Below are positions 38,361-47,553 of a stretch of 53,966 nucleotides of DNA, piece after piece (position 1 is the stretch's first letter; every line of letters begins with the position of its first letter). Below the pieces are notes generated by a model, which saw nothing but the letters and a program-made list of their open reading frames with translations, was not told the origin of the DNA and did not search any database. Position numbers and translations under genes: made by a program. The DNA is from a virus (taxonomy: Duplodnaviria > Caudoviricetes): IMG/VR virus record IMGVR_UViG_3300042885_002233, positions 1 to 53,966 of that record. One strand, 5' to 3'.

Positions 38361-39071
38361 TTAGATGGAAGCGGTTTGTGCGCCAGCGTTCTTCAGTTGC
38401 TCGATCAAAGCAACCGTGCTGGTGTACAACCAGTAACGGTGCTCGGCAGGCAACGCCTTGTACTCGTCACGGGGTTCGTTGCGATCGGCGACAGAGGCCA
38501 GGGGCAACTGCAACTTCAACTGCTCGATCAGCGTGACAAAGTTGTTCTGCACAAACGGGTTGCCCCAGTATGGGCCGATCAGCTTGGTCAACTCGGCAAA
38601 CTGCAACTGAGGCGCGAAGCCTTGGTACTCTGGGCCGCACACTTCGGATGTGACGGGTGCCGCAGGAGCGGGTGCCGCAGGAGCGGGTGCCGCAGGAGCG
38701 GGCGCCGCAGGAGCGGGCGCCGCAGGAGCGGGTGCCGCAGGAGCTACCACGGGCGGAACGATGACGGGCGGAACGATGACAGGAGCAGGGATGCTGGTGG
38801 CCGGGATCAGCTCGCCAGATTCCAACGCCACGCCTGCAGGGAACGTGGGCGCAGCGGGCGCTTCGGTACCGATGGCCGCAACACGTGCCGCTTCTTCAGC
38901 TTCGATCTCAGCCTTGGTGCGACGCTTGCGCTTCGGTGCATCAGTGGCCACCGCATCACCAGTCGCCGAGACGGTGATCGTGTTGCTGCCGCGCTGTTCC
39001 AAGGAGTCGGCGATGCGCTCCAAGCTGGTTGCGATAGAGCCAATGTTCTCAAAGAGGATGTTCAGATCCAT
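38361..39071 (-). CDS. Ala/Pro-rich protein typical of the slot before DUF2800
   Basis: IA.SLERIA.SL N-terminus, KRKRRTKAEIEA, PAAPA repeats (15-bp unit, ~38656-38743). Confidence 0.75.
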   Translation of the reverse strand: MDLNILFENIGSIATSLERIADSLEQRGSNTITVSATGDAVATDAPKRKRRTKAEIEAEEAARVAAIGTEAPAAPTFPAGVALESGELIPATSIPAPVIVPPVIVPPVVAPAAPAPAAPAPAAPAPAAPAPAAPAPAAPVTSEVCGPEYQGFAPQLQFAELTKLIGPYWGNPFVQNNFVTLIEQLKLQLPLASVADRNEPRDEYKALPAEHRYWLYTSTVALIEQLKNAGAQTASI

Positions 39072-39141
39072 GATGGACTTTCTTATGACCGGGTGGTTGA
39101 TCAACACAGCGTTGTGGTCAGTAACGCTGCATCGTGGAAGT

Positions 39142-39171
39142 ATTGTAGCATAACTTTTTAAGCTATGCGAA
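39142..39171 (-). promoter_or_regulatory. Promoter plus operator
   Basis: TTCGCA-18-TACAAT, operator AGCATA-N6-TAAGCT. Confidence 0.7.
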
Positions 39172-39178
39172 AAGATTT

Positions 39179-41509
39179 TTACAGACTGAATTCCCTTGCT
39201 GGCACGACCCAGACATCGGTACCGACTTCTTCTAACTTCAGTACTGTCATGATGTTGCGAATTCGATTAACTCTGGTGTGATCCATAGCTGACAAGCCTG
39301 AGCTAAACAGGTGACCAAAGATGGCTAAAAGTTTTACCTTTGTCCCAGGGCTTTGCGCCAGCACAAAGGCTTCAACGTCACTGTGCCAGGCGTCAAGCAC
39401 GGTCGCGTCGGCGATGGCAGGGCCTGCCAAGTTGCGAAGCGCGGTGCTGTAGTGCTCAATGGCATCGGCAGCTGTTGGGAATTGCTCGGTCAACGCTTTG
39501 GCTTCCGCCCAGTATTGGTCGCGCTCGTTTTTGAACTTGGGATGGTCAATAAACTCTGATGTCATGGCCACCCGGATCGGTGCCCAACGGCGGTTACCGG
39601 AAGGATCGGTCAAGAAACGACGACGGTTGTCCGTACCGATGAAGATCGCCCGGCGGGGAACGGCTGTCTCGAACTCAAAATACTTCTTTACCCAGCGGTC
39701 TACCTGCTGGGTCATCAGCGCCTTGGTGGACTGAGCATCACGACCGGCGAGGCCGCGTAACTCGGGCAACTCAAGCACGACCTTGCCCTTGATGGCACGG
39801 TACACATCATCGTCTTTGCCGGTCAGGTCAACCTGGCCAAACCATTCGTGAAACGGGGACAGCGCTTCGACCAGCGAGGACTTGCCCGTACCCTGCTTGG
39901 GACTGAGCAACACGGGCGAGATGTCAGCCTTGCATCCTGGCTCCAGCACGCGGCCAACCAGCGCCACAAACAGGTAGCGCCCCAGCGCCACACCGTATTC
40001 GCTTGGCACGGCCTTCAAAATGTCTTGCGCAAAGCGGTCGATTCGGGGCACGCCGTCCCACTGCAAACGATTCACGTGGTCCTTGGCACTGTCATACTTG
40101 TTGCGCACGGCAAGCGCACAAATTTGACTGCTCATTTCTTTGGGGTCGTACATCACCCCGGTTATCCCCTCAACAGCGTTGCGGATATCCGTGATCATGA
40201 TGTCGTTTATCGGTTGCCAGATCGGGCTGCCGCCGATACTGACAAGCGTTTCGTCTTTGAACTCGTCGTACCTGGCCTCAAGCACACCTTGTCCGGCCTT
40301 GAGAACTCTCAGCAGATTCGCGTTGGTCTTTGTGACACCGCCCTTGGGGCCTGTCTCCAAGCTCATGGTGTGCTTGATGCTGATCCCGATCTCAAGCATC
40401 ATGTCGGAGGGCAGCTTGCCGTTGTTTGCCCGGGGCACGGCAGCAAAGTCAGAGCCGTAGTTCTGCTCGATCAGCGCTGTTACCTGGGCCACCGGGTTGG
40501 GCAGCAAGGTGTCGCCGCCGAAGTTGTCGTCGATTTCTTTGTCACGGTAACCGACCAGCTCCAAGAACATCGACGTTGTGATGTGTTCGCAGTGTGAATG
40601 CAGGCAGCGAAACGCACCTCGCTCCTTGCCGCCCAGGCCCGCACGCAACCAGCTGGTGGAGTTGGGGCCAGTGTCTGATGTATGCTGCGCTGCGTTGGGG
40701 CATGTCACGTTGGCCGCACCGCTGTGCACATATCCGGTGACCAGGCCCTCGCTCTCAAGCCACGACAGCACCAAGTCTTCTTTGGCCTGGCCTGCCAGCC
40801 GGGCGGTGTACTCGCCTTGCTTTTCACCAGCGATGACCAATGGCTTGCTGTCCGGGTCGTAGGCCGCGCGCAACGTGTCCCACAGCGTGGCCATGGCCTG
40901 CAAGCTGACCTCGGGAATACCGTTCTCAAAACCCCGGTGCTCGAATCGCGTGCCGTTGGTATGCAAACCAAACAGCAAGGTTTGGTTACCGGTGGCAAGG
41001 AATTCGATGGCACCTTGGGCCGTGTGCACGACGCGCTTGCCAATGTATTCGACGGGCACAACCCTGACCAGCAGCGTGCGCTTGCCACTGTCAGCGCGAA
41101 ACCGCACCGGCAACTTCACCCCAAGGGTGCCGTTGATCATGTCCTCAAGGTTCTGGGCAATCTGCGGATCGGGAATGTCAATGTCAATCGCCCGAGTGTT
41201 GCGTGTTTGCAACAGAATATTGTAGTCGGGCTCCAGCATCCACTGACCAACCTCTTGGGGCGTGGCTTGGTAGCTGGGCCACTGGGCAATGCCCGAGGCT
41301 TTACCCGATCCGCTTAAGCGGGAAGGCGTCTTGGCCCATGGGTAAGGGGCGTCAGGTTTCTTTTCGGCCAGCTCGCGCAAGCGGTCGGTGGCTGGGGTGG
41401 TGCGCGGGCCCACAAAGGCGGGCAAAATGTCAGCGCCAAAGTGAAACGCGGCAAAGCGCCATTCTTGTTCAGTGGCGCCGATGCGGGAATTGGGGTCAAT
41501 GATCGACAT
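39179..41509 (-). CDS. Primase-polymerase fused to Zn finger and VirE/VapE-like helicase
   Basis: AIDID and G.H..G..F primase motifs, CP...H...C.H.HC, Walker A QGTGKS, ELPEL and FLTDPSGNRRW. Confidence 0.9.
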   Translation of the reverse strand: MSIIDPNSRIGATEQEWRFAAFHFGADILPAFVGPRTTPATDRLRELAEKKPDAPYPWAKTPSRLSGSGKASGIAQWPSYQATPQEVGQWMLEPDYNILLQTRNTRAIDIDIPDPQIAQNLEDMINGTLGVKLPVRFRADSGKRTLLVRVVPVEYIGKRVVHTAQGAIEFLATGNQTLLFGLHTNGTRFEHRGFENGIPEVSLQAMATLWDTLRAAYDPDSKPLVIAGEKQGEYTARLAGQAKEDLVLSWLESEGLVTGYVHSGAANVTCPNAAQHTSDTGPNSTSWLRAGLGGKERGAFRCLHSHCEHITTSMFLELVGYRDKEIDDNFGGDTLLPNPVAQVTALIEQNYGSDFAAVPRANNGKLPSDMMLEIGISIKHTMSLETGPKGGVTKTNANLLRVLKAGQGVLEARYDEFKDETLVSIGGSPIWQPINDIMITDIRNAVEGITGVMYDPKEMSSQICALAVRNKYDSAKDHVNRLQWDGVPRIDRFAQDILKAVPSEYGVALGRYLFVALVGRVLEPGCKADISPVLLSPKQGTGKSSLVEALSPFHEWFGQVDLTGKDDDVYRAIKGKVVLELPELRGLAGRDAQSTKALMTQQVDRWVKKYFEFETAVPRRAIFIGTDNRRRFLTDPSGNRRWAPIRVAMTSEFIDHPKFKNERDQYWAEAKALTEQFPTAADAIEHYSTALRNLAGPAIADATVLDAWHSDVEAFVLAQSPGTKVKLLAIFGHLFSSGLSAMDHTRVNRIRNIMTVLKLEEVGTDVWVVPAREFSL

Positions 41510-41552
41510 GTGTCGGCCTTTACGAATCCGTGGTCAAGGGAAGTGTGGGGGT

Positions 41553-41629
41553 GTTGGCAGACCGAGGCCGACCAAGACTCCGGGTTGCCCCGGTGTTCCG
41601 CCCACCAACGGAACGCTCAGTCTGCCAAC
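41553..41629 (-). ncRNA. Three-stem structured RNA in the primase-helicase leader
   Basis: 14-bp closing stem with a G-U pair only on the - strand, two inner hairpins (one with a GCAA tetraloop), TACAAT -10 at 41637-41642. Confidence 0.6.
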
Positions 41630-41916
41630 GGGGCAGATTGTAGCGCGGTTTCGTCGGAACAGTCTTGCCAGCGATTGTTCTCGTCGAACACGGCAAGCTG
41701 CTGGTCGGTGGTCAGGGTAACCCGAGCCAAGGATGCGATCTCCATGTAGCTGCGGTTGTACATTTTGCGGTGCGCGATCATCTCGCGCACCCGTGCCTTG
41801 GCGTCGGATACCGACAGGCCAAATGTTGAAAGCATTGGAAACGTGCGACCACGGGTGTTGCGCACAAAGAAAACGTATCCTGAAACGGTGTCCCAGGTTT
41901 CGGTGGTTTTTGACAT
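41617..41916 (-). CDS. Hypothetical protein
   Basis: AACCAACCGGA leader before the ATG at 41916. Confidence 0.55.
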   Translation of the reverse strand: MSKTTETWDTVSGYVFFVRNTRGRTFPMLSTFGLSVSDAKARVREMIAHRKMYNRSYMEIASLARVTLTTDQQLAVFDENNRWQDCSDETALQSAPLAD

Positions 41917-41934
41917 TGGTCTGTCCGGTTGGTT

Positions 41935-42000
41935 TATCAAGTGAGCGGTCTGTACTTTAGCCGCAACCAAAAAGATTGTGACCAGACCGCTCACTTGATA
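41935..42000. repeat. Perfect 18-bp inverted repeat with 30-nt loop
   Basis: TATCAAGTGAGCGGTCTG ... CAGACCGCTCACTTGATA. Confidence 0.95.
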
Positions 42001-42118
42001 GCTCCGTTTCCTGCGCATACGTCCCCGGTTTTCTGTGAGGGGGCCGAGTTTCGATGACTGCGCAAGCTGTGTACCGCGATGGAGTTCGTGGTGTGGAGTC
42101 CCCCTAACCAATGCCTGC

Positions 42119-42148
42119 ATCATAGCAGAACTTTTTATGCTTGTGCAA
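42119..42148 (-). promoter_or_regulatory. Promoter plus operator
   Basis: TTGCAC-18-TATGAT, operator AGCAGA-N6-TATGCT, nearly identical to 36705-36734. Confidence 0.75.
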
Positions 42149-42812
42149 CTATTTCCAAAATCTTTTTCGTCTTGTCCAGACGGTACTGCTTTTTCTCGAC
42201 GGTCAGCATCCCAGTTCGGCGACTCGGCTTGACGGTCTTAAAGCTCAACGCACCCCCGTCCCCGCGTTCCACGTGACGCGCATCGGTAGTGGGTCTGATC
42301 AGCATGATGCTGTCGTCATCCAGAACGCGGTACGCGGTGCGCTGTGCCATGGGCACCAGGATGTACCCCGGCGGCATGTGCCTGAGCAAAGCGTTGGCCT
42401 GCTCGCGCGCATAGTAACGCCGCATCGTCTCGCTGCGATCCGCTTTGTGCAATTCACGAGGCAGTGTCACGTGCTTCGCCTCGAAGCGCCGTGACGCCGC
42501 CTTGCGAATCTCGATTTGCTCGGGGGTGAAATACGATGGCGCGCGGCCAGCAGGCAGCAGGCTGTACGTCGGGTAGTGATACCAGAATTTGTTGGCACCG
42601 ATTTGAAAAGTAACCGAGTACTCATCCCCGGGCATAAACGGCAAGGTCGTAAACACATGGCACACATACTTGCCCGTGGGGGCCCACACGTGCGCGTAGA
42701 TCGTCGCCTCATCGACAAAGTACGCAATCGGGTGCCCCGGTACAGTGAGCGCGCCCTCCGGTGCGCCCAGTTGCATCGCAAGCATCGCTTTTTCGTGGCG
42801 GCTGATCATCAA
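42135..42812 (-). CDS. Hypothetical protein
   Basis: 225-aa ORF coupled to the upstream gene. Confidence 0.6.
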   Translation of the reverse strand: MMISRHEKAMLAMQLGAPEGALTVPGHPIAYFVDEATIYAHVWAPTGKYVCHVFTTLPFMPGDEYSVTFQIGANKFWYHYPTYSLLPAGRAPSYFTPEQIEIRKAASRRFEAKHVTLPRELHKADRSETMRRYYAREQANALLRHMPPGYILVPMAQRTAYRVLDDDSIMLIRPTTDARHVERGDGGALSFKTVKPSRRTGMLTVEKKQYRLDKTKKILEIVAQA

Positions 42813-43123
42813 TGAAAATCCCCCACAAAACAGTGACGCACTTCATGACCAAGTAACTCATGGCTTAAGTGCAAGGGCGTGATGATGCGGCAGTTACCAG
42901 CATCATCCCAATTGGCGCATCCAACAAACATATTTGCCGACGCCGGTGATGCGAAGTGGCCCATCAACCGGGCGCAGTGCTGGCCAGCATCAGCACGCGC
43001 TTCCCATGTGATGCTGACTACCTTCTTTGCAGGCGCTGCAAACTCGCCGCTGCGTTGCGGTGTCGCACAGCCGACCAACAGCAGTGCGGATAGTGCGGTG
43101 AGCAGGGCCTTCATTTTTTGCAT
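42809..43123 (-). CDS. Small lipoprotein with zincin-like HExxH motif
   Basis: Lipobox LVG|C, C-terminal LGHEVRHC. Confidence 0.65.
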   Translation of the reverse strand: MQKMKALLTALSALLLVGCATPQRSGEFAAPAKKVVSITWEARADAGQHCARLMGHFASPASANMFVGCANWDDAGNCRIITPLHLSHELLGHEVRHCFVGDFH

Positions 43124-43368
43124 CCTAATTTCTTGGTTGCAATCAGTTTGCGGTAAGCCATAAATTTTTCAGTCCCTCTTTTGTCAAAAAGTTCAAGATC
43201 TTCTAGCTTTGCATGAAGAATTTCACGTTCTTTGCGAATTGACGACTGAAAAGTGGCGAATGCTTCGCTAGGATGTGGAAGGTTTAGCACTTTCAAATCA
43301 ATTGAGCACTGAGTCACGTGGATTGAAAGATCGAGTGTCGTCATGGCGTGATGGTGATTTTTTTTCAT
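43111..43368 (-). CDS. Hypothetical protein, AT-rich
   Basis: 85-aa ORF fitting the gene array. Confidence 0.45.
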   Translation of the reverse strand: MKKNHHHAMTTLDLSIHVTQCSIDLKVLNLPHPSEAFATFQSSIRKEREILHAKLEDLELFDKRGTEKFMAYRKLIATKKLGCKK

Positions 43369-43377
43369 GTTCTTAGC

Positions 43378-43611
43378 TCATGGTTGTCTCCAGCCTTCGA
43401 TGCGCTGGCGCAGGTCGCGCACTTCTTGGCGGGCCTCCAGCAAATCCTTGCGGTAGTTGAGGGCTCGTGTTTTCCAATCCACGGTTCGCTCGTTCGCAGC
43501 GTCCAGCTTGCGCTGGTGTAGCCGGTCCTTGCGCTTGGCCTGTGTCATGGCGTCCTTAAGCGCCACAGATGCAACCTGAGCGACTTGCTCGGGGGTGAGT
43601 GTGATGTTCAT
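43378..43611 (-). CDS. Small coiled-coil protein
   Basis: GAGG RBS, ATGA-coupled start MNITLT. Confidence 0.55.
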   Translation of the reverse strand: MNITLTPEQVAQVASVALKDAMTQAKRKDRLHQRKLDAANERTVDWKTRALNYRKDLLEARQEVRDLRQRIEGWRQP

Positions 43612-43793
43612 TTCTTCCTCATTTGAATAGTGAGTTCCCGGCAATCGTTCCAACCTGCCTTGTACTCAACGCTTTCGCTGTTGTCGGTGATGGCATCAGG
43701 GATGGGTGCTGACAGCCTGCCAATCTCAAACATCTGCCGTAACCTGATATCAGGATTTAGTCCGAATTCTTTTAGTGCTTGTTCGTAGGTCAT
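43608..43793 (-). CDS. Small phage protein
   Basis: Y..GWNDCR motif, ATGA-coupled. Confidence 0.6.
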   Translation of the reverse strand: MTYEQALKEFGLNPDIRLRQMFEIGRLSAPIPDAITDNSESVEYKAGWNDCRELTIQMRKK

Positions 43794-44059
43794 GGCTGGC
43801 CTTTCTCTGGTGCGGCGGTGATGCCGTGGGCTTGTTCAGCGGTGCGGCGGCCTCGCTCATTCATGTCATCACACCAGTCATCGGCTTTACCGCACAGCCA
43901 AGCCTCTTCCACAACTAGCCGCTGACCGAAGTTGTTGACTGGTGGGAACACCACCATCCACTGGTGCCTACCAACAATTTCATCAAACCGTTTTGCAACA
44001 ACTGGTTTGCCAACGCCGTCCTTGTAAGTGCGTGAAGGCCGTGTTGTGTGTTGTATCAT
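43790..44059 (-). CDS. Hypothetical protein
   Basis: ATGA-coupled at both ends. Confidence 0.55.
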   Translation of the reverse strand: MIQHTTRPSRTYKDGVGKPVVAKRFDEIVGRHQWMVVFPPVNNFGQRLVVEEAWLCGKADDWCDDMNERGRRTAEQAHGITAAPEKGQP

Positions 44060-44341
44060 GGCTGACCTTTCTTCTGTGCTTTACGGGCGTTGCGATAGAC
44101 GGGGACAATCAGAAAATTCCACAGTTCGTCGATTCGCTCTGGTGTGATGTGTGTGTTCATTTCTTCCCCTTGATAAGTGAGATCGTGCTGGCCTTGCCCG
44201 CTGCCACACTTGCCGACGCGTGCTGCGCCGTCACACGGCTGCGCTGCATCTTGACGGCGAACTGCGTGCCGCCGGTTCGCCAGTCGAAGACATTGTTGCG
44301 CGACTTGGGCGTACCGTCGGGCCACTGATATTGATTTGCTG

Positions 44342-44569
44342 TCATGATTGATCCTCTGTAAAGCCGCGCCACCGTTTGTTTTGGACTGAATGCCATCTGT
44401 TTAAGTAAGGAGCCAATGGGGCTACTTCTATCGTGCTGGCCATTGCACCCCATCGCTTACCAGTCCAATAAGCAAAAAACTTATGGCCTCGCCCTAGCCG
44501 TACCTCGTACACGCCCTTGCGCACCGGCTTGATGTGTGCCGGGAACCATCTGGTCATTTTTTTGGTCAT
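44342..44569 (-). CDS. Small Trp-rich phage protein
   Basis: T.WFP..IKPVR.GVYE...W.G..W...WRG motif. Confidence 0.65.
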   Translation of the reverse strand: MTKKMTRWFPAHIKPVRKGVYEVRLGRGHKFFAYWTGKRWGAMASTIEVAPLAPYLNRWHSVQNKRWRGFTEDQS

Positions 44570-44579
44570 GGTTTGTCTT

Positions 44580-44768
44580 TCAAAGAATGAATTCGGGTTT
44601 CAGTTTTGCGCGGGCCAGGCCGCATGAATCGGTGGTGTTCACGATACAGATGTGATGAACTTCCTTGGGGATGTACGGCGGTAAGGTGATCTGTTCGCTC
44701 ACGGTGCACAGGCAAGTTTCGTGCTTGGTAATATGTTTGGAGAATATGCAGTCTTTGCACTCGATCAT
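44580..44768 (-). CDS. Small Cys-rich protein
   Basis: CKDC...CLC...C...C, ATGA-coupled. Confidence 0.55.
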   Translation of the reverse strand: MIECKDCIFSKHITKHETCLCTVSEQITLPPYIPKEVHHICIVNTTDSCGLARAKLKPEFIL

Positions 44769-45409
44769 GGCAGCACTCCATAGTTGGCAAGGATCATCGC
44801 TTTGATTCGGGCTTGCGCGGCTTCAAGGTTCGCCGGAAACTTTGCCACGCACCAACGGGCGAACTCAGCCATGTCCTCAATCACCAACGTTGAAGCATGA
44901 CGGCGCTCCCCTTGGTAACCGGCAGCGCGATAGCGGGCTTCTTCTTTTTCGTCAAGATACTCAAACGCTCGGGCGTACTTGCCGTCGCCGTGGATCACGA
45001 TGTGTGCGCGCCACGTACCGTCTGGGTGCGCGATACCCTCTGGCAAGATGGCGCGTGCCAGCGGGCTGTCTGTCAGCACACTCATCGGGCCACGGGTATC
45101 GCCGGGTCCGGGTGGGATTTGCAGATACAGGTTGGCGGCTGCGTTATCGGTCGCGTCGCCGTTCAGGTGCATCACGTCCACCTTGCTGCCAAGATCGGCT
45201 TTGGTCAGCAGCACCCAAGCGACTTGCGCCGCTTTGTGATTGTGGTTGGTCCCGTCGTGGTTGACTTGGCATCGGTACCCTTTGCCATCTTTCTCCGGGT
45301 ACCAAAGTTTGCGAATCGGGTCACTCAGATTCGGCTTGCGAAAGAGATCGCCGGTAACAGGGTCGTAATGCCATAACGAGCTGGCAAGAGGGTATGTGAG
45401 TTTGCTCAT
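44765..45409 (-). CDS. HNH-like endonuclease (possibly degenerate)
   Basis: YDP.TG.L, GY, AW and H.NG...DN...NL motifs. Confidence 0.65.
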   Translation of the reverse strand: MSKLTYPLASSLWHYDPVTGDLFRKPNLSDPIRKLWYPEKDGKGYRCQVNHDGTNHNHKAAQVAWVLLTKADLGSKVDVMHLNGDATDNAAANLYLQIPPGPGDTRGPMSVLTDSPLARAILPEGIAHPDGTWRAHIVIHGDGKYARAFEYLDEKEEARYRAAGYQGERRHASTLVIEDMAEFARWCVAKFPANLEAAQARIKAMILANYGVLP

Positions 45410-45475
45410 GGTGGTGGTTGGTCGAATGCAAAGTCTGCATTCCGAAAGGCAGCAAGCCGCCCTTCAAAATACGCT

Positions 45476-45676
45476 TTACGCAAGCGCGAGGCCGTCTTCC
45501 AACACTTCACCCGTGTTGATCTTGACTGCGATTCGCGGTCCGGTGAGGTGGCGGTTCCCCACGGTGGATACGATGCCGGTGGCTTGCTTCTTGGCAAAGC
45601 CTTGGGCCAGTGCCTGCTCCAAAGTGAAGTTGACTGTTGCGCCAATGTTGCGGGCGGTTCTGCTATCTGTGTTCAT
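45476..45676 (-). CDS. Hypothetical protein
   Basis: TGAAAG RBS. Confidence 0.5.
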   Translation of the reverse strand: MNTDSRTARNIGATVNFTLEQALAQGFAKKQATGIVSTVGNRHLTGPRIAVKINTGEVLEDGLALA

Positions 45677-45685
45677 GATTTTCTT

Positions 45686-45928
45686 TCAAAGGGTTTGATG
45701 GAGACGATTTGCGCGGGATGCGCCGTTACAAAATCCCGGCTTGAAGGCCGGGCGATGCTCTTGCACCCTGATTGGTTCAAAACGAACCAAACCTTGTTGC
45801 AGCTTGGCCAAATGCGATTCGGCTTTGCTGATGCTGGTGGCACCAAACGATGTCCATTGGCCGTTCCACTTGACGTGGTGCAGGCCATCGGCCAATCGCT
45901 TGATGTTGGGGTTGGTCACGACTAACAT
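45686..45928 (-). CDS. Hypothetical protein
   Basis: GGAGG RBS before MLVVTNP. Confidence 0.5.
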   Translation of the reverse strand: MLVVTNPNIKRLADGLHHVKWNGQWTSFGATSISKAESHLAKLQQGLVRFEPIRVQEHRPAFKPGFCNGASRANRLHQTL

Positions 45929-45929
45929 T

Positions 45930-46364
45930 TTAGATCGCCTCCACATTCGCGGCAACGCCAAGGAGTTTGCCAAAGTTCTCAAGCTCGCGCTGCTTGGTTG
46001 CTTCTTCATCGAAACCCCACGACTCGGCAACCATGCGCAACAGCAACGCACAGGCCACCGATGAATGAAGCTCGTGGCTGTACCAAGCCCCCTCTGGGCA
46101 CTCGTTACCGGCAAGCAGCCACACCAAGTTCAGCACGTCTTGCTGCGTGCGCTCATGGGCACCGGGCACACCGGCACGGGCCAGCTCGGCTTTGATCAGG
46201 GCAAACTCGTCTGGTGTCAACACGGCCAAGGCCAGCGCACCGTCCTTGCGGCATAGGTGGTGCCACAAGACGGTGGGCTTGTTGTCGCAGAGGTGCTTGG
46301 CTTCCTGTTCCTGCAAACCAAGGGCAAGCAATGCGCCGATGGGGACTTCGCGATCTGGAGTCAT
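45930..46364 (-). CDS. Hypothetical protein
   Basis: TGAAAG RBS, first gene after promoter 46394-46423. Confidence 0.6.
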   Translation of the reverse strand: MTPDREVPIGALLALGLQEQEAKHLCDNKPTVLWHHLCRKDGALALAVLTPDEFALIKAELARAGVPGAHERTQQDVLNLVWLLAGNECPEGAWYSHELHSSVACALLLRMVAESWGFDEEATKQRELENFGKLLGVAANVEAI

Positions 46365-46393
46365 GGGTATCTTTCAAAAGTTGATGGTGAGAT

Positions 46394-46423
46394 ATTGTAG
46401 CACAAAATTTTATGCTGTGTGAA
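46394..46423 (-). promoter_or_regulatory. Promoter plus operator
   Basis: TTCACA-18-TACAAT, operator AGCACA-N6-TATGCT. Confidence 0.7.
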
Positions 46424-46485
46424 TTATTTTTTGCTGTATGCAGCGGCAATCACAAAGACCGCAACAAGGATGATCAGCACCCCCA

Positions 46486-46902
46486 TTACGCGGCCTCGGT
46501 GTCGAGCCAGTTGGACACGAGCCCAACGGTTTGCTCTACCGCATCTTGTGCGATTCGTTGCGCGCGTGCCCGGCTCAGTACGGGGTCCAGGTGTTGGGCA
46601 AGGTCGGTCAGCAAGTCGTGTGTCGCGTTACGCCACACCCCTTTTGATTTCGTTTTAATCGAAGCAACGCGACGAAAAGCGTGAAGCTGGGGGCCTAACC
46701 CCAACCCTCCTGTCAAAAGCTCAGGAAGGGCCTGTGTAAGCCTTGCCGGGGTGATGTCGGTTCGGTGGGATGGTGGTTGAACTCTACCGAAAGCGTTCAA
46801 GTCATGGGCGAACCCTGTCGTGAGGTTGTGTGCGAGTGTAGGTGTGTGTTCTTGCAGATAGTTAAAGCGCTCTCGGGGGGTCGCGTGAAGGATTTCGGTC
46901 AT
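46486..46902 (-). CDS. Hypothetical protein
   Basis: TGAAAGACCACC-ATG leader. Confidence 0.6.
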   Translation of the reverse strand: MTEILHATPRERFNYLQEHTPTLAHNLTTGFAHDLNAFGRVQPPSHRTDITPARLTQALPELLTGGLGLGPQLHAFRRVASIKTKSKGVWRNATHDLLTDLAQHLDPVLSRARAQRIAQDAVEQTVGLVSNWLDTEAA

Positions 46903-46911
46903 GGTGGTCTT

Positions 46912-47241
46912 TCAAAGAATGAAGGGCGTGATGGGGGTTGACGTGCGGTAAAACACGACTTCGGCACGGGGTTTGCGCCCCGCCTTGCCGCTGTATTCCG
47001 TCGCTTGGTAGGGCACCTCCCGACGCTCCACAAGGCCCGCTTTGATCAGCCGATCAACGGCAGGTAGGAAGGCCGGTAATGAGCCGTAGAACACACCCAT
47101 CGAGCGGACGTAGGCCAAGGGTAGCCCGGTGGCCCCAGCGGTCGTTACAGAGCCCAGGATTCGCCAGTCCAAGGGTTTTAGTTCGGGCCGCTTGGTGTGC
47201 AACTTGGCCGCAGCAGCCAGTATCTGATCATCGGTGGTCAT
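46912..47241 (-). CDS. Winged-helix-like DNA-binding protein
   Basis: L.P.D.RIL...AVDRLIKAGLVERR...GRKP pattern. Confidence 0.55.
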   Translation of the reverse strand: MTTDDQILAAAAKLHTKRPELKPLDWRILGSVTTAGATGLPLAYVRSMGVFYGSLPAFLPAVDRLIKAGLVERREVPYQATEYSGKAGRKPRAEVVFYRTSTPITPFIL

Positions 47242-47453
47242 AGTGAAAACTCTTTCGGCGGGTACGCCTCCACCAACGGGTGAATAGGCTTGGAAAACGG
47301 GGCCAGCGGCACGCCAGCAGCGGACAGACCGGCGTGTTCAGGGTTGGCTTCAATGGCCTTGGCCTTGCGTGCCAGCGCTTCCCAGGCCACGGCCAATCGG
47401 GTCATGGCTTCGGTGTTGGCTTTGATGGCTTCGATATATGCAGGGTCGTTCAT
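47238..47453 (-). CDS. Hypothetical protein
   Basis: GAGGA RBS, ATGA-coupled. Confidence 0.55.
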   Translation of the reverse strand: MNDPAYIEAIKANTEAMTRLAVAWEALARKAKAIEANPEHAGLSAAGVPLAPFSKPIHPLVEAYPPKEFSL

Positions 47454-47553
47454 ACGGGTGCGTCCTCATGGTTGGCGGGGTTAAAGGGTGGGCGCTTGGT
47501 GCCTCGGTCAAGAGGGTTGGGCCAAGCAGGGAACGGCCAATAAGGATCGGCGC

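Noticed and set aside
41553-41629. tRNA gene
   Set aside because: Only two inner arms, no T-loop GTTCRA consensus, and a 14-bp closing stem. Reported as a regulatory RNA instead.
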